Part shown: in pieces, positions 1 through 11,400 of the stretch | Layout of the letters: each line of letters opens with the position of its first letter | Position numbering within the stretch: position 1 is the stretch's first letter | Assembly: GCF_009834535.1 (NCBI RefSeq) | Contig: NC_045696.1 | Coordinates: 56,794,001-56,858,000, forward strand | Direction of reading: 5' to 3' | Source of the DNA: Camelus ferus | Lineage: Eukaryota | Length of the DNA: 64,000 bases | Program-made: the position numbers and the translations under genes | Notes under the pieces: generated by a model | Databases searched by the model: none | What the model saw: only the letters and a program-made list of their open reading frames with translations | Told to the model about the DNA's origin: nothing

Positions 1-29
1 CCAAAGCCAGTCTGTTGGCCAGGCTGGGA

Positions 30-218
30 CTGATTGCCACAAAAGCACCTGGAGGACTTACAAAGAAAGACTCTTTTGGCGCTAATAGAAATTCTAATTT
101 ATTGGGTCTGTGAAGGGTTTAGGTATTTGAATGTTTACAGAGATCCCAAGTGACTCTGATCTAATGATGGATCAGATGGATCAGATGGATTGATGCTAGT
201 GCAGGTTAGGGAACCACA
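30..218. mobile_element. MER5-type (hAT-Charlie) non-autonomous DNA transposon, decayed
   Basis: CACCTGGAGGACTT...AATTCTAATTTATTGGGTCTG...CCCAAGTGACTCTGAT...GGTTAGGGAACCACAG resembles MER5B; contains a 9-bp tandem (GATGGATCA) at 166-190. Confidence 0.6.
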
Positions 219-380
219 GATATGAAAGTCTTATTTGGCTAAGGATCTATACTGTCCCTTTAAGATGACTTTGCATATTCCGATCTGATCCATTATGAAT
301 TGATTGTATAGATTAACTCTCAGAACAAAACGTTATTTCCTAGTTCTCAAGGGCCAGTCACTGTTGCATCCTTGAACCAA

Positions 381-430
381 CCTTCCTCCCTTTCTTCCTT
401 CTCTCCTTCCTTCCTTCCTTCTTTCCTTCC
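381..430. repeat. (CCTT)n low-complexity pyrimidine tract
   Basis: CCTTCCTCCCTTTCTTCCTT...CTTCCTTCCTTCC seen directly. Confidence 0.9.
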
Positions 431-818
431 ATAAATATCCAATGCATAAGGAAGTTTACCAAGAGAAGATTGTGACAATCAACACTTCAAATGCCAAAAG
501 CAAAAGCTGCTTTTAGGTGATAATAGACTTTGAGGATTAGGCTATACAATCCCAGTGCATAGGCAACTCTATGACTAGCCAGTAAAACCAAGGCATGGCA
601 TGAAACAATCGAGACAGTTCCCCAGTGGTGAGTAACCCTGGGTCTTGGTATACTTCCTGAACTGATGTCCTCTAGGAAACAACCTTCTGCCCACAAGTAA
701 CCTTGATGGAAACTCCAAGTTCCATGTCCCCATGGCAAAGAAAACAGGTCACTGTCTTTCCTTTCAAACATGGTTCCCATCTCACAGCTCCTGGCAGTGG
801 CTTGTTCTAGCAGAGCAC

Positions 819-853
819 AAAAAAAAAAAAAAAAAAAAAAAAAAGATATATAG

Positions 854-901
<48 letters not shown>

Positions 902-918
902 ACATACACAAACACACA
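819..918. repeat. Compound microsatellite: A26, short TA tract, (CA)~20 and a degenerate CA tail
   Basis: Seen directly; explains the spurious ORFs 487-915 and 732-923. Confidence 0.97.
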
Positions 919-973
919 TCTAAATCTGCATTTGGTTATGCAGGTAATCCTGATTCCTTTCTGCTATAACTGG

Positions 974-1140
974 GGACAGGATTGGGAGTCAGGGAGTCAA
1001 GATACCTGGTTTATAGTCCTGGCTCAGCCATTCATTCACTATGTACCTTGGGAAACTCTTTTTTTCTACCTAGGCCCCAATTTCTTCTGCAAAAGGAAGG
1101 TCAGACTAGATCTCTTAGCATGCTAGGATTCTAAGAATCT
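974..1140 (+). mobile_element. MIR/MIR3 SINE
   Basis: GGAGTCAAGATACCTGGTT...GTCCTGGCTCAGCCA...ACCTTGGGAAA...CAATTTCTTCTGCAAAA core. Confidence 0.7.
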
Positions 1141-1249
1141 GGTGACAACAGTTATCATGTTTCTTAATTGTTTTAGATCAAAGCCAGTAACTGAATACTA
1201 GGAAGAAAGAAAGCTAAACATATATGTTAGAAAACTTAAAAAAAAAACA

Positions 1250-1460
1250 CTTATTAAATTCTATATAGATGCGAGGGACTATACTAACTAGTTTACAAAC
1301 TTTTGATTAATTCTTATCACATCAACTCTATTTTTATTTATTCATCTCTGAGGAACAGAGAGACAAGTAATTTGCCCGAGATCACATGGCCAATAGGTAG
1401 AGAAGCCAGTTCTGAAATCTAGGACTGATTCTAGGGCCAGCTCTCTAATATGCCCTATCC
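1250..1460 (-). mobile_element. MIR SINE
   Basis: GAGGAACAGAG...AAGTAATTTGCCCGAGATCACATGGC is the reverse-strand MIR core. Confidence 0.75.
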
Positions 1461-2429
1461 TCTGTTCTCTTGTCTGATAGCTCCAACTTCGATGACTGTG
1501 TAGAACATTTCTTAACGTTCCATTTGAGATTACCTGACCTTGAATATAGGGGAAAAGAAGCCTCTATCAATCTATGTAGGAGAATTTCCTAGAGACTTTT
1601 GTTATGATTATCTTGCTTTGGGAGGGGAGCTGTAAAAGTCAGACTGAATATGTTTGGGTTGAGAGTATATTTTCATTTCAACTGTGTGAGAGGAAACATT
1701 ATACTGGCCAGCAGACCCTGGCCATAAAATTGTTTTTGTTTGTTAGTTTTATTAGTATGCTTTGCTTCCCTAACAAAAGCTCATAAATGTTAGCCTCAGT
1801 TCCTCTGACTGGGTCCAAATAAGAGGAAATAAATCAATAAGGGAAAATCTCCTTTTCTGTCTGGTACTGATCCTGTGGAGGTGAAGGGAAGAGGGAGGCA
1901 GAGATGGCTGCTGGCAGGAAGATAGAGAACTATCAAAGGGCTGAATCTTGGACAGACTGGGGATACCACATCTGACTTCCATCCTCTTCAAATGATGACC
2001 TGATACCAGCCTGTTGCCTCTGATTTTCCTAGACAGGGAAGTTGGGTGGCTAGGCTGAGCCATGGTCTTGGAAGAGCTATAAACACATCATCAGCCTCAT
2101 CCACCCCCAAGGGATGATGCCCTAAATCAGACAACAAGTGTTCAATCCTGGGACCAGAAATAGGAGAATAGGGAGGAAGGTGCGGATAGTGTCATGACTT
2201 CTTTCTGTTTTCTTCCTTGCTCGCTACCCACAGGAAAGAGGCCTCTTTTTCGTCTTTATGTGACTTGTATTACATGTCATGCAGGTGGGTTGGAAAGAAT
2301 TGAAAAAGGCTGTCTATAAATTGCTCAAACTAATTTAGAAACCATTCTGCAACATGTACCCAAGCTTACACTTTCAATAATGTCAGAAAAGTTTGCTTTA
2401 CTTTTGCAATGCCTCAATAGGTTATGGCA

Positions 2430-3150
2430 TTTTTACTAAACCTACAAATGACACAAAGCTAGAAAGTATGGGCACAGAACTAAATAAGAATGCAAAATTG
2501 TCTAGACAGACCAGAGTATCTTGTCTAACTCAATAAGAAAAAATGTATCAGAAATAATTGCAGAATTCTATATTTAGGGGGAAAAAAAGAAAATCAGCTA
2601 TTCAGGATGAAGGAGATTACCTGGCAGTGTTTATTCATATGAAAGAACTGAGAACTCTAATTAACCACAAGTTGAATATTTGCCAACACTGTGATGTATC
2701 TGCTGAAAAAAAAAACCAACCCAATCTTTGATTGCATGAAGGGAAGTGAGGTGACGATCACAGGCAGCCCTGGTCCTAGTACAGTGAGCTGTGGTCAGAC
2801 CACACTGAAGTACTGGGTTCTGTGGTAGTACCACAATTCTTGGGGGATATTGACCAACCAGAGCCAGGCAAATAGGATGGTGAGAGTCAGGAAATCAGAG
2901 ATAGTTGAAATGGTCACATTTACCCTGGAGAAGAAAAAAAAGTCAACCAAAGGAACAGCAGATCATTGTCTGCAAATATTTCAAAGGCTCTTATGAGACA
3001 GGCAGAATAAATTTGTTTTTCCCTGTCAAGAGGTAGAACTAGACTAAGGAATAGAAGTTAATTCAGTTCAGCATAAGGCTGTTCAACAGCTGAGCCATTG
3101 TCCTAGAGAGAGGGGTCCCAGACTGTAGAAGTGCTGTGGCTCAGGCTGCT
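2430..3150 (+). mobile_element. CR1/L3 LINE, fossil 3' part of ORF2 (RT C-terminus)
   Basis: Decayed motifs of CR1 RT: AATGACACAAAGCTAG (DDTKL), CACAAGTTGAATATTTGCCAACACTGTGATG (HKLNMSQQCD), GTCAGACCACACTGAAGTACTG (VRPHLEYC); many stops and frameshifts. Confidence 0.8.
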
Positions 3151-3959
3151 GGGGAGGCAACCTCTACGCTGGGCAGTGGCCAGGTGAGAAGTGAGGAAGT
3201 GTTATTTGTTTGATTTATATTCCCTAGACCAAAGGAACCACCATTTTCTCCATTTTTCCCCTATTGGATTCATTTCTCCAATTTCACTTTATAGTTCATA
3301 TTTTTCCTTGGGCCTTAATTTGGGAGTCACAGAATCCTTGAGGTCCAGGCCTAAGGATTCAAGGCCCATGACTTTCTGAGCAAGGACCACCACTTTGGAA
3401 AAACCTGAGCTCCTTAGGGATTCTCTCCATAGTGAAACGTAAGCTCTTGTTCTCATCCATTAGCTTAAGAACAGCAAGACTCACTTTGCTTTTTGAGCAT
3501 ATATTAGGCAATTATTGTTTCTGCTGGAGAAATATTTTTATTATTTCATATATTGCACTTTTATTTCTTTGAGTTTCTTGTGGTAATTCTTAGACACTTT
3601 CCCACCTGCTTTTTAAAATGATGAACAGAACTTTGATAATATAATAACTTTATTACATGAAGAAAAAAAAGATTAACAGGAAGTTTCTGCTCCAAGGTTT
3701 GTGCAGTTAAAATGATAGCAGGAGACTTCTATCTGCAAAGTGCATTCATTCAGCCTCAAAAGAGACTGACCACCATGCCCTCTTCATCCCTTACCTCACA
3801 CCTATCCTGCTAGGAAAGGCAGGCAGTCTCATCCTTAAAATCCTTGATCCAGGAGCTGAGGAGAATTACAGCCTAGATTTCTTTTCAGGAGAATACAAGC
3901 CTGGCTTCAAAATATCTTGGAATAAAATAGTAATAATAATAACAATAATGACAACAACA

Positions 3960-4190
3960 ATGCTTTCATAGCACTTACTATGTGCCAGGTGCTATTTAAG
4001 CATTTTATGTAATATAATAGATTTAATCTTCACAGTAATCCCACAGTACTTGCTATTATTATTTCCATTTGGTGGATGGAGAAAATACGGCATGGAGAAT
4101 TCATATAACTTGTCCAGGGTCACAGAGGTACCAAGATTGTAGGCTCATGGGTCCTGGCTCCAAAATCCAGGCTCTTAACAACCATACTAT
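3960..4190 (-). mobile_element. MIR SINE
   Basis: AGCACTTACTATGTGCCAGGTGCT...TTTAATCTTCACAG...AACTTGTCCAGGGTCACAG. Confidence 0.85.
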
Positions 4191-4327
4191 ATATACTACT
4201 ATACCATGTACCCTCTCATTTTTAGAACAGTACAATTCCTCAAGATAAATCCATGACTAAATTTCTAGTTTCAACATCTTATAATCTTTTTTTTATTGTG
4301 ATCTTTTTCCATTATAAAAATAATATT

Positions 4328-4530
4328 GCAGTAGCTAAGAGTCCTGACTTTAATGTCAGCTAGACCTGGACTCAGATGCAGGCTACTCACTGATAAGTTA
4401 CTAATTTCTTTAGTTTCCTTCTATGTAAATCTATAGATTTGTAAAGAGGATTAAATGAGATAAAATATGTGATGTGTTTAGGAGAGTGCCTGGCCCAGAG
4501 TCAGTTCTCAGAAAATGTTAGCTTTCATTA
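4328..4530 (+). mobile_element. MIR SINE
   Basis: GAGGATTAAATGAGATAA...AGTGCCTGGCCCAGAGTCAGTTCTCAGAAAATGTTAGCT 3' end. Confidence 0.85.
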
Positions 4531-5412
4531 ATATGTGTTATAATCAAAGACAATATGGGAAGACTGAAAGTAGAAAGAAGAAAAAAACCACCCAGAATTC
4601 TACCACCTGAAATGACTTTGAGCTATTTTCATTTTTGTCTTTTATCTATGTGTAAAAACAGTAATTTTTTTTGTTTATAATTCTGAGAAGAGGTCCTGGT
4701 ATCTAGAATGCTCTGTTTGCCAAGTCATGATGGGTGGTGGGGAGAGAATTTGGAGGTTGAAGGTAGAAGGTGAGGAGCGTGCAGATTTGCTCTGCATAAC
4801 AGAAGGTAAGTGAAATTCCCAGGGGAGAAATAATTTAATATCTGGATTAGATCTTCGGAACAGTCCCTGTTACAAGCAGAGAAGGAAGCCATTGAGGACC
4901 CCAAGATTTAGAACTGCCCTGTCAGAATGGACTACCTTTGTGATGTCTTTTATAGCACTTCTCAATTCATTTCAAGTAATGATTAATCTCTGAGAGCCAA
5001 GCCTTTGACACTTGTGCCAAAAGACATTTACCTAGCCTTCCATCTCCTCCAAGTCATTCTTCTCTGACCCATTCCACCCAGGGCCAGCTGCAGAGGTCTC
5101 GTCCATGCTGCCCTTTCTCAATTCGGGCACTTATGCAAGTGAGAGCACACGTGAGCCAAGTTAAATCAATTACATTAGTCAATAGTCCTGTGAATGCTTT
5201 ATTAGTGGGGAATCTGGACCAGGAAGATTGCTTCCCTGCGGGCTTGGGTTAAAGATAGCCACCAGAATCCAAGGAGAAAATGATCAAACTAATTGATAGT
5301 CACAAGCTAATGTTGCCAAGTGATTTAGCCTAGGGAAGAATTTTACTTGCCACTAAAATCCAATGTTGGTGCCAATGTTACTATTTAATAATTTACTTTT
5401 CTTTGATTATTT

Positions 5413-5584
5413 AAAATTTTATTTATTTATTTTTATTTTAAATTTTATTTTATTTTTAAAACTTTGTTGTAGGGGGAGGTAATCGGGTTTATTTATTTAT
5501 TTTTAAATGGAGGTACTGGGGATTGAACCCAAGACCTTGTGCATGCTAGGCACGCACTCTGCCACTGAACTATCCCCTCCCCCC
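5413..5584 (-). mobile_element. tRNA-derived SINE, camelid Vic-1-like
   Basis: Reverse strand GGGGAGGGGATAGTTCAGTGGCAGAGTGCGTGCCTAGCATGCACAAGGTCTTGGGTTCAATCCCCAGTACCTCC (A box, B box GGTTCAATCC), A-rich tail; 14-bp TSD TTCTTTGATTATTT (5399-5412) / TTCTTTGCTTATTT (5585-5598). Confidence 0.9.
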
Positions 5585-6389
5585 TTCTTTGCTTATTTTT
5601 ATCCACAAGTTGGATATTTTAGACTATCACTTAAAAGTTATCACTTATCCATTAATTAATTCTGCACCATAAAGATTTCAGATTCTCTGTGTTGCTAGAA
5701 TTATAACTCAATGCCAAAGATTAAGGGGTAGAAATAATACAACGGCACAAGGGTCTCTCTGTTTCTATGGCTAACCTTTGGGGGAAATTTTTCCCTGAAA
5801 AGCTTCTTCATTAGCCACCTATGGATAGATGTTCAGCTGGGGCTAATCTGCCACGATTACCCCTTGCTGGAACTATAAGAACTAGTCATTCAGTTTGATA
5901 GAGACTGTTAGGAAGCGGAAAAATAAATCTGGAAATAGTAGATAAAATTTGAGAACGTGTTAGATGATGTTCTACAAAGACACATTACATGTAAATCTTC
6001 TGTTAAGCATTTAGTAGAAAGTTAGTCAGGATGACTCCTAGCAGATGCACACATTAAACTGAGGAAGGGATGAGAGGGATGGGGGTGAGTTTGGAAGGAG
6101 CAGCAGCTTCCCAGGCAAAGCCAGGCCGTTTCAGGAATGCAACGAGAAATCCAGCAAAGGTAAGAGAGAAAAAGCCCAGCCCTCCAGAGTCCAGAGAGTC
6201 AAATCTAAAGAGTCCAAAGGGTGAGGTGGTGGCCTTGCCAAGGCAGCAATGTGGGAGGTAGAGGTGCACAGAGAGGACTAGGGAATCCTAAGTTACCAAA
6301 GGATCCAGACTTAGAGGAACCATTAGGGTATCCAAAGAAGGCATTCAAGGGAGGCTCTCTCTGAAAGCATTTCAGGGTTGTTTGGCTCT

Positions 6390-6900
6390 TGTGTCAGTAA
6401 TTTTTAGCTTCAAGTGAAAAAGAAATTCTGATAAAAGTGTAGCTTAAACAAGATGGACACATACTTTTCTCTCAAATATAAAGTTGGAAAGTTGGTAGTT
6501 CGGAGCTGGTGTAACAGCACCACAATCCATCTATGGCTTTTTTCCTTGGCCTGTAGTTTCCATCTTCAAGAATGCCTCATGGTCAAGTTGGTTTCTGCAG
6601 CTCCAGCCATCACATCTGCCATACAGGTAAGAAGAGGGAGGAAGCGGGGAGCAAAACATGTTTATCAACTGAGCTGGCCAGTTCCCTTTAAAGAGCATTG
6701 CCTGCAATAATCCCCCCCGTGACTGCTGCTTACATCGTTTCACTATATGTTTCATTTAACCAATCCTAAGTGAAAGAGAGGCTGCAGAAATATAGTTTTT
6801 TAAGCTTGGTATTGAATTGTTTTAAATAAAATTGGGGTTCTGTTAGTAAGGTAAAAGGGAGTTATGGATATTAAATAGGAAATTTGCAGGCTCTACCATA
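6390..6900 (-). mobile_element. MLT1J-like (ERVL-MaLR) solo LTR
   Basis: GCTTAAACAAGATGG near one end, CAGCTCCAGCCATCACATCT, and AAAATTGGGGTTCTGTTAGTAAGG near the other end. Confidence 0.8.
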
Positions 6901-7579
6901 AACATCAGAGAATGATAAAAAAAAATTATTTCTAACTCCCAGTTATGTGTAGGGTGAGGCTCTAGATGTATTAGTGTTCTCTGGATATCCTTTCACTGAT
7001 TCTCAGGAAGAGCAAGATAGTTTATAGGCAGCTTATTCCAACACTGAGTTTGCACTAAGTCAGATTAAGGACAAATAACAATGATATTAAAAAGAGATGC
7101 CTGTGAGAACAGCCTGGAGGAAATGCATCACAGTGATTACAGTGGTGGGGAGAGTGATGGGGTCATGACTTGTTCAGTTTTCTGTTATATATTTGTTTTA
7201 TTTTCAATTTTATTTTTTTAAAAATAGAGGATTTTCTGTTGAGTTCTTTTTTCCCGTTTAAAAACTCCTTTTAGATGGAAGGCATTTGGGCCAGCCTACT
7301 TAAAGTGAAACAAATGCCCAATGTGCAAAATAAGCCAAAAGGCCGCAAAATAAGCCAAAAGTCCACAAAATGTATTTAGGAAACAAACCAGGGCATTTGA
7401 GATTGCCCTTGCAAGAACATATTGTGTGTGTGTCATACTGAGCTCCATATCACTTGGGAGCTATCGTGAGGGGGCAAAGGCCCCCAGGAGGGAAAATCAG
7501 AAGATGAGAAAGCTGCCCCAGAAAAGTTACTGAAGAGCAGGCAGGACAGAGGAGGCCTGTGGGAGGGGGACCCCACGTC

Positions 7580-7725
7580 TAGGTTTTTCATCACTCCTGC
7601 CTTAACTCGTTGTACGGTCCTGGGAAAATCAACCGATCTTGCCCGGTTTTCTTACCTAGAAAATGAGAGAATAGGACAGGATAATCATTAAAATTCTTTG
7701 CAGTCCTAAATAGTTTTATTTTCTG
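7580..7725 (+). mobile_element. MIR3-like SINE fragment
   Basis: CCTGGGAAAATCA...GTTTTCTTACCTAGAAAATGAG...AATTCTTTGCAGTCCTAAA. Confidence 0.6.
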
Positions 7726-9389
7726 TTATTGTGGAACAAAGGGAGAAAACGGAAATATTTTGCAAGGTAAGGAAGAATGAAAGTAAGCAAATAGCTTAAC
7801 ATGTGAACAGGTTTAGCCAAAAGTAAAAGGACTTAAAAGTGGAACACGAAAGCAAAGAAACCATTTGGGGGTGGTTTTACGTGCACAGTCAGTATATGGA
7901 ACCCCTTTGGATTGGGGCCATCCCCCACTGATGAGCTGAAGATGCTCTAACTGCAACTCTAGCACCAGGAGGGGCTCCCCATGTGCATCTGGTTGTAGCC
8001 ACCCCATTAAAATTCCCCCCCCAAAGGAATTACCTTTGTAATTACACAAGTCAATGAAATGGAATAATTCCCTGAGATAGATTTTTAACACAGTTATTTT
8101 TAAATAGCATTAATTCCACAATTCTCTTCACCTCGCCGTACAGATTTGCCTTAGTGTCCACTCCTTCAAACTCCAGTCCTTTTTTCTTTAAACCTCCACA
8201 AGTCTTTCTGCCTCAAATTGGGAACATCTGGTAACCAGTTTATCTTACTTTCTGGATGCTTTTTAATTGAAAAAGAATATGTGTACTTTTAGTTGGAAAA
8301 TTAAGGGTGTGCATCTGTGTCTTTTTGTGAGTACATGCAGAGGATCACTATGGTTCTTCTGAAATATTTTCCTGGAAAATATCTTATAATCTAATATACT
8401 GCTCTAATAAGATTGTTTTTCAAATGCAAATAAGGCCCTGAATTCAGCAGAAGAAATGGAGCTTCTCTGCCTGCACTATCATGCTAATTACAGTTATTTT
8501 GTTATAATAGCTCTTCCTTGAGCAAAGCTTTGGCTCCTTCTTCCTGCCACCAGCAACTTGGGGATCAGGACAGAAAATCTGTTTCCTGGGTGGGTGAGGA
8601 AGTCAATGAGCAGAATATTAAGGAAGAGGAAGCAGAACAGTGCAGATTTAGCCCCAGTTTGGTGGAAATCAAGGCTCTTCACCTTCACTGTGGCCTCAAT
8701 GCAGCCTCCACTCCTTGGTCTCCGAGTCTTCAGGGTCACTTGAATCAACTTGGAAATCCTAAAGTTTCTGCACCAAGTCCCTAATTTCATTTTCTTGGCA
8801 TTGATATTCCATGAAACTACTCTTTCAAAATCTCCCTTCATTGGGACAGAGAAAACCCTTCCCAAACTTGTTCCCTCACCCAACACTCCAGATCCAGAGA
8901 AAGAGGTACCTCTCTGTCTAAGCTAATGTCTGTAATTTATACCCCTCCACAGTTCCCAGAGACCATACCTTTGGGTAGATCTGAAGGAGCTGGGCTATCT
9001 AGCTCTCATTAAAGCCAGACTTGGTACATTACTAAAGACTAAAGAAAACCTGAGGCAGAAAATTCTAAAAGGCAATATAGATGTTCATTAAAAATTCCTG
9101 AGGACATGGAGAAGGGATATTCAAAACTGCCTTAATATCTTGTAAACTTTTCTCCTTTCCAAATCCCTCTTCCTTCTTACCTGCCTCTCCTACCTCTACT
9201 TCCTACTACGTGATCTTTCCCTCTGGGAGTCCACTTCATATTCTGCAGCCATTTGGTGTTCATCAGCTTTTCAGGTTACCTTCTCCCCTGACCATATGGC
9301 ACAACTAAGGCTCAAAAATGAGTTGCTCAGGAAAATGCTCTTTCTCTTTAGAGCTCAGAGGACTGGGTGATACTTATCATTCAACATTA

Positions 9390-9540
9390 CAAAATCAGGA
9401 TAAGGATCATATTTCACAAAGTCATTGTGAAAATTAAATGAGATTTTATATATATATATATATACACACATACATATTCTTAGACTAGTAAGTGGTACAA
9501 GGTAAGTGCTAAGTACATTTTAGTTCCTATGCTTATTAGT
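9390..9540 (+). mobile_element. MIR 3' fragment with internal (TA)n
   Basis: TTGTGAAAATTAAATGAGA...TGGTACAAGGTAAGTGCT. Confidence 0.7.
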
Positions 9541-10247
9541 TATTTTTTCTTGACACATCGCCTTCATTTTTTTTCCTTTTCTAGCATTTTTTCCCTGTGC
9601 TCCTTGTTCTCCATCCTAAACAATCTCTATCAACCATTTCTGGCTATTCTTTTTTTCCTTAAATGATAAGCTTTTTGGAAAGATAAGCTATTCCTCTACA
9701 TTTTCATTTCCTAAGTTCCTGTTACCTCCTCAAGTCCTTGATTTCTAGAAAGTCAGAAGAGGTGAAAATACAATGAAAAGAACACATTGCAACATATAAC
9801 CCTGCTTTTGACAGGTGTTCGTTCCAGGATGATGGGATGGAGGGACTATGGGCCTTGATGGAGTAGGCTGGTCAGACTTGAGCAGAGTTTGAGAAGAGGG
9901 GAAGATGACTTTTCGCAGAGGGTGGGGAAGGACATTCAGATGGGTGTGAGCTGTCGTTTGGAGCAGAATTGTATAAATTGTGTTCAGGGAATAGTAAGGT
10001 TGTTACAATGAAGCAGAATATCTGAAACAGAGCAATGAAATGTGAGGTTATTGGACAGTATAATTTGTGGTGAATAAAGTCTAGGCTGGAGGTAATTAGT
10101 AGAGAACTTAAAGCAAATGCAAAAGTGCGTGCAAAAGTGCGTAGTTGAATGCAGAGAGCAAGAGTATGTAACTCAGGTTTGAAATTATTAATAATGATGA
10201 TGATCGGTCTTATTTTTGGAGGGCTGACTATATACAAGGTATTGTGC

Positions 10248-11190
10248 AAGAACCTCCTAAATGGTCCCCCTACATTTCTTCTTGTTCTTCTGCTAATTCG
10301 TTTCTCAACAGAGCAGCCACAGTAATTTTTTAAATGCAAATTTGATCATGTTGACTCCTCCCTCACCCTTCTTAAAGTCCTTCACCAACTTCTCTTGTCT
10401 CTTTTGAAAATGACCAAAAACCCTTCTCATGGCCTACTAGGTCCTGCCAGATCTAGCTCCAGCCTTATTAGCTTCAAGTCTTGTTCTCTTTTGGTTCCTT
10501 CACACAAGTCCTGCCCTCTCCTGGCAGGGTGCTTTCACGGATGCTCTTTCTTATCCTGGACAGCTCCTGCTTGTACCTCTTGGTCTGGTTACGCTGCTTT
10601 GTCCTCCACATCTCCGTTTAAGCGACACATTGTCAGGGAAGCCTAGCTTAGTTTCTGCATTGACTTCTCTTACAGTATTTCCTTCATAGCATAGACAGCC
10701 ATGGAAGTACACCAAGCAGATCTTCCTTCAAGAATTTGCTTTGCAGCTGCAAAGAGTTCAGTGGACTCAATGCCTTCAGGACCTGCCCCAGCTTTCTAGC
10801 CGAGGCCACTTTGTTCCCAGGCAGCTTCAATCTAATGACTGGACATAGTGCATAATCCTAGTGCCTGGTCATTTCTGTCCAGCGTGGGATTCCTCTACTG
10901 GGAAATCTTCATTCCTAAGTCCCTCTTGAACTGGCCAAGACTTTGACAGCTCTGTACTGCAGTCTGAGGTCCTTCCTGCCCAATTCTTTCTCTACTCTTA
11001 ATGTTTCTCAGGCATTAATCCCAATAAATCTCTTATGCTTATAATTCTGTCTTTGCATCTGTTCCCTGGAGGACCCAAATGACACATAGTGCTTATCACT
11101 ATTTAAACTTATGCATTTATTTGTATGATATCTAATTAATGTTTGCACCACACTGAAAAATTCATGAGGGGAGGGGCCACATCTACACTA
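10248..11190 (+). mobile_element. L2 LINE 3' region, interrupted by LTR16
   Basis: ACCTCCTAAATGGTC...CAGCCACAGTAATTTTTTAAATGCAAATTTGATCATG; resumes at 11087 with TAGTGCTTATCACT. Confidence 0.75.
10692..11086 (+). mobile_element. LTR16-family (ERVL) solo LTR
   Basis: CAGCCATGGAAG...CAGATCTTCCTTCAAG start; CCCAATAAATCTC...CATCTGTTCCCTGGAGGACCCAAATGACACA end. Confidence 0.8.
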
Positions 11191-11264
11191 GAAATTATAT
11201 CTTTAGTTATCTTCCAAAATATGTAAAGGCCCTCAAAAATTATTTATGACAAAAAATTAAAGAA

Positions 11265-11400
11265 ATTTTACATGCATTATTATCTCACTAATCCTCAGAC
11301 AGGTTCTATTTTTGTGATATTTTGAAGATGAGAAAACTAAATGAGAGAGATTAACTTGCCCAAATTTGAATGGAGGTGTGTCTGATGTCAAAGATCTTCT
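11265..11400 (-). mobile_element. MIR fragment
   Basis: ATTTTGAAGATGAGAAAACTAAA...AACTTGCCCAA. Confidence 0.65.

Noticed and set aside
517..627. Possible + strand exon (TTTTAG ... G|GTGAGT)
   Set aside because: Stops in all three frames; no independent support for a noncoding exon
487..923. ORFs 487-915 (-) and 732-923 (+) with poly-F/K and CV/HT runs
   Set aside because: Produced by the A26 and (CA)n microsatellite; no protein homology evident
4688..4805. Open stretch ending at a strong donor AAG|GTAAGT
   Set aside because: Upstream acceptor is weak (GAG) and the peptide (KRSWYLECSVCQ...) is not recognisable; likely a pseudo-exon
5510..5584. tRNA-like sequence as a real tRNA gene
   Set aside because: It has a SINE tail and TSDs, so it is a retroposed SINE head
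8494..8886. Overlapping 130/88/61-aa ORFs
   Set aside because: Non-ATG starts, no splice framework and no recognisable domain
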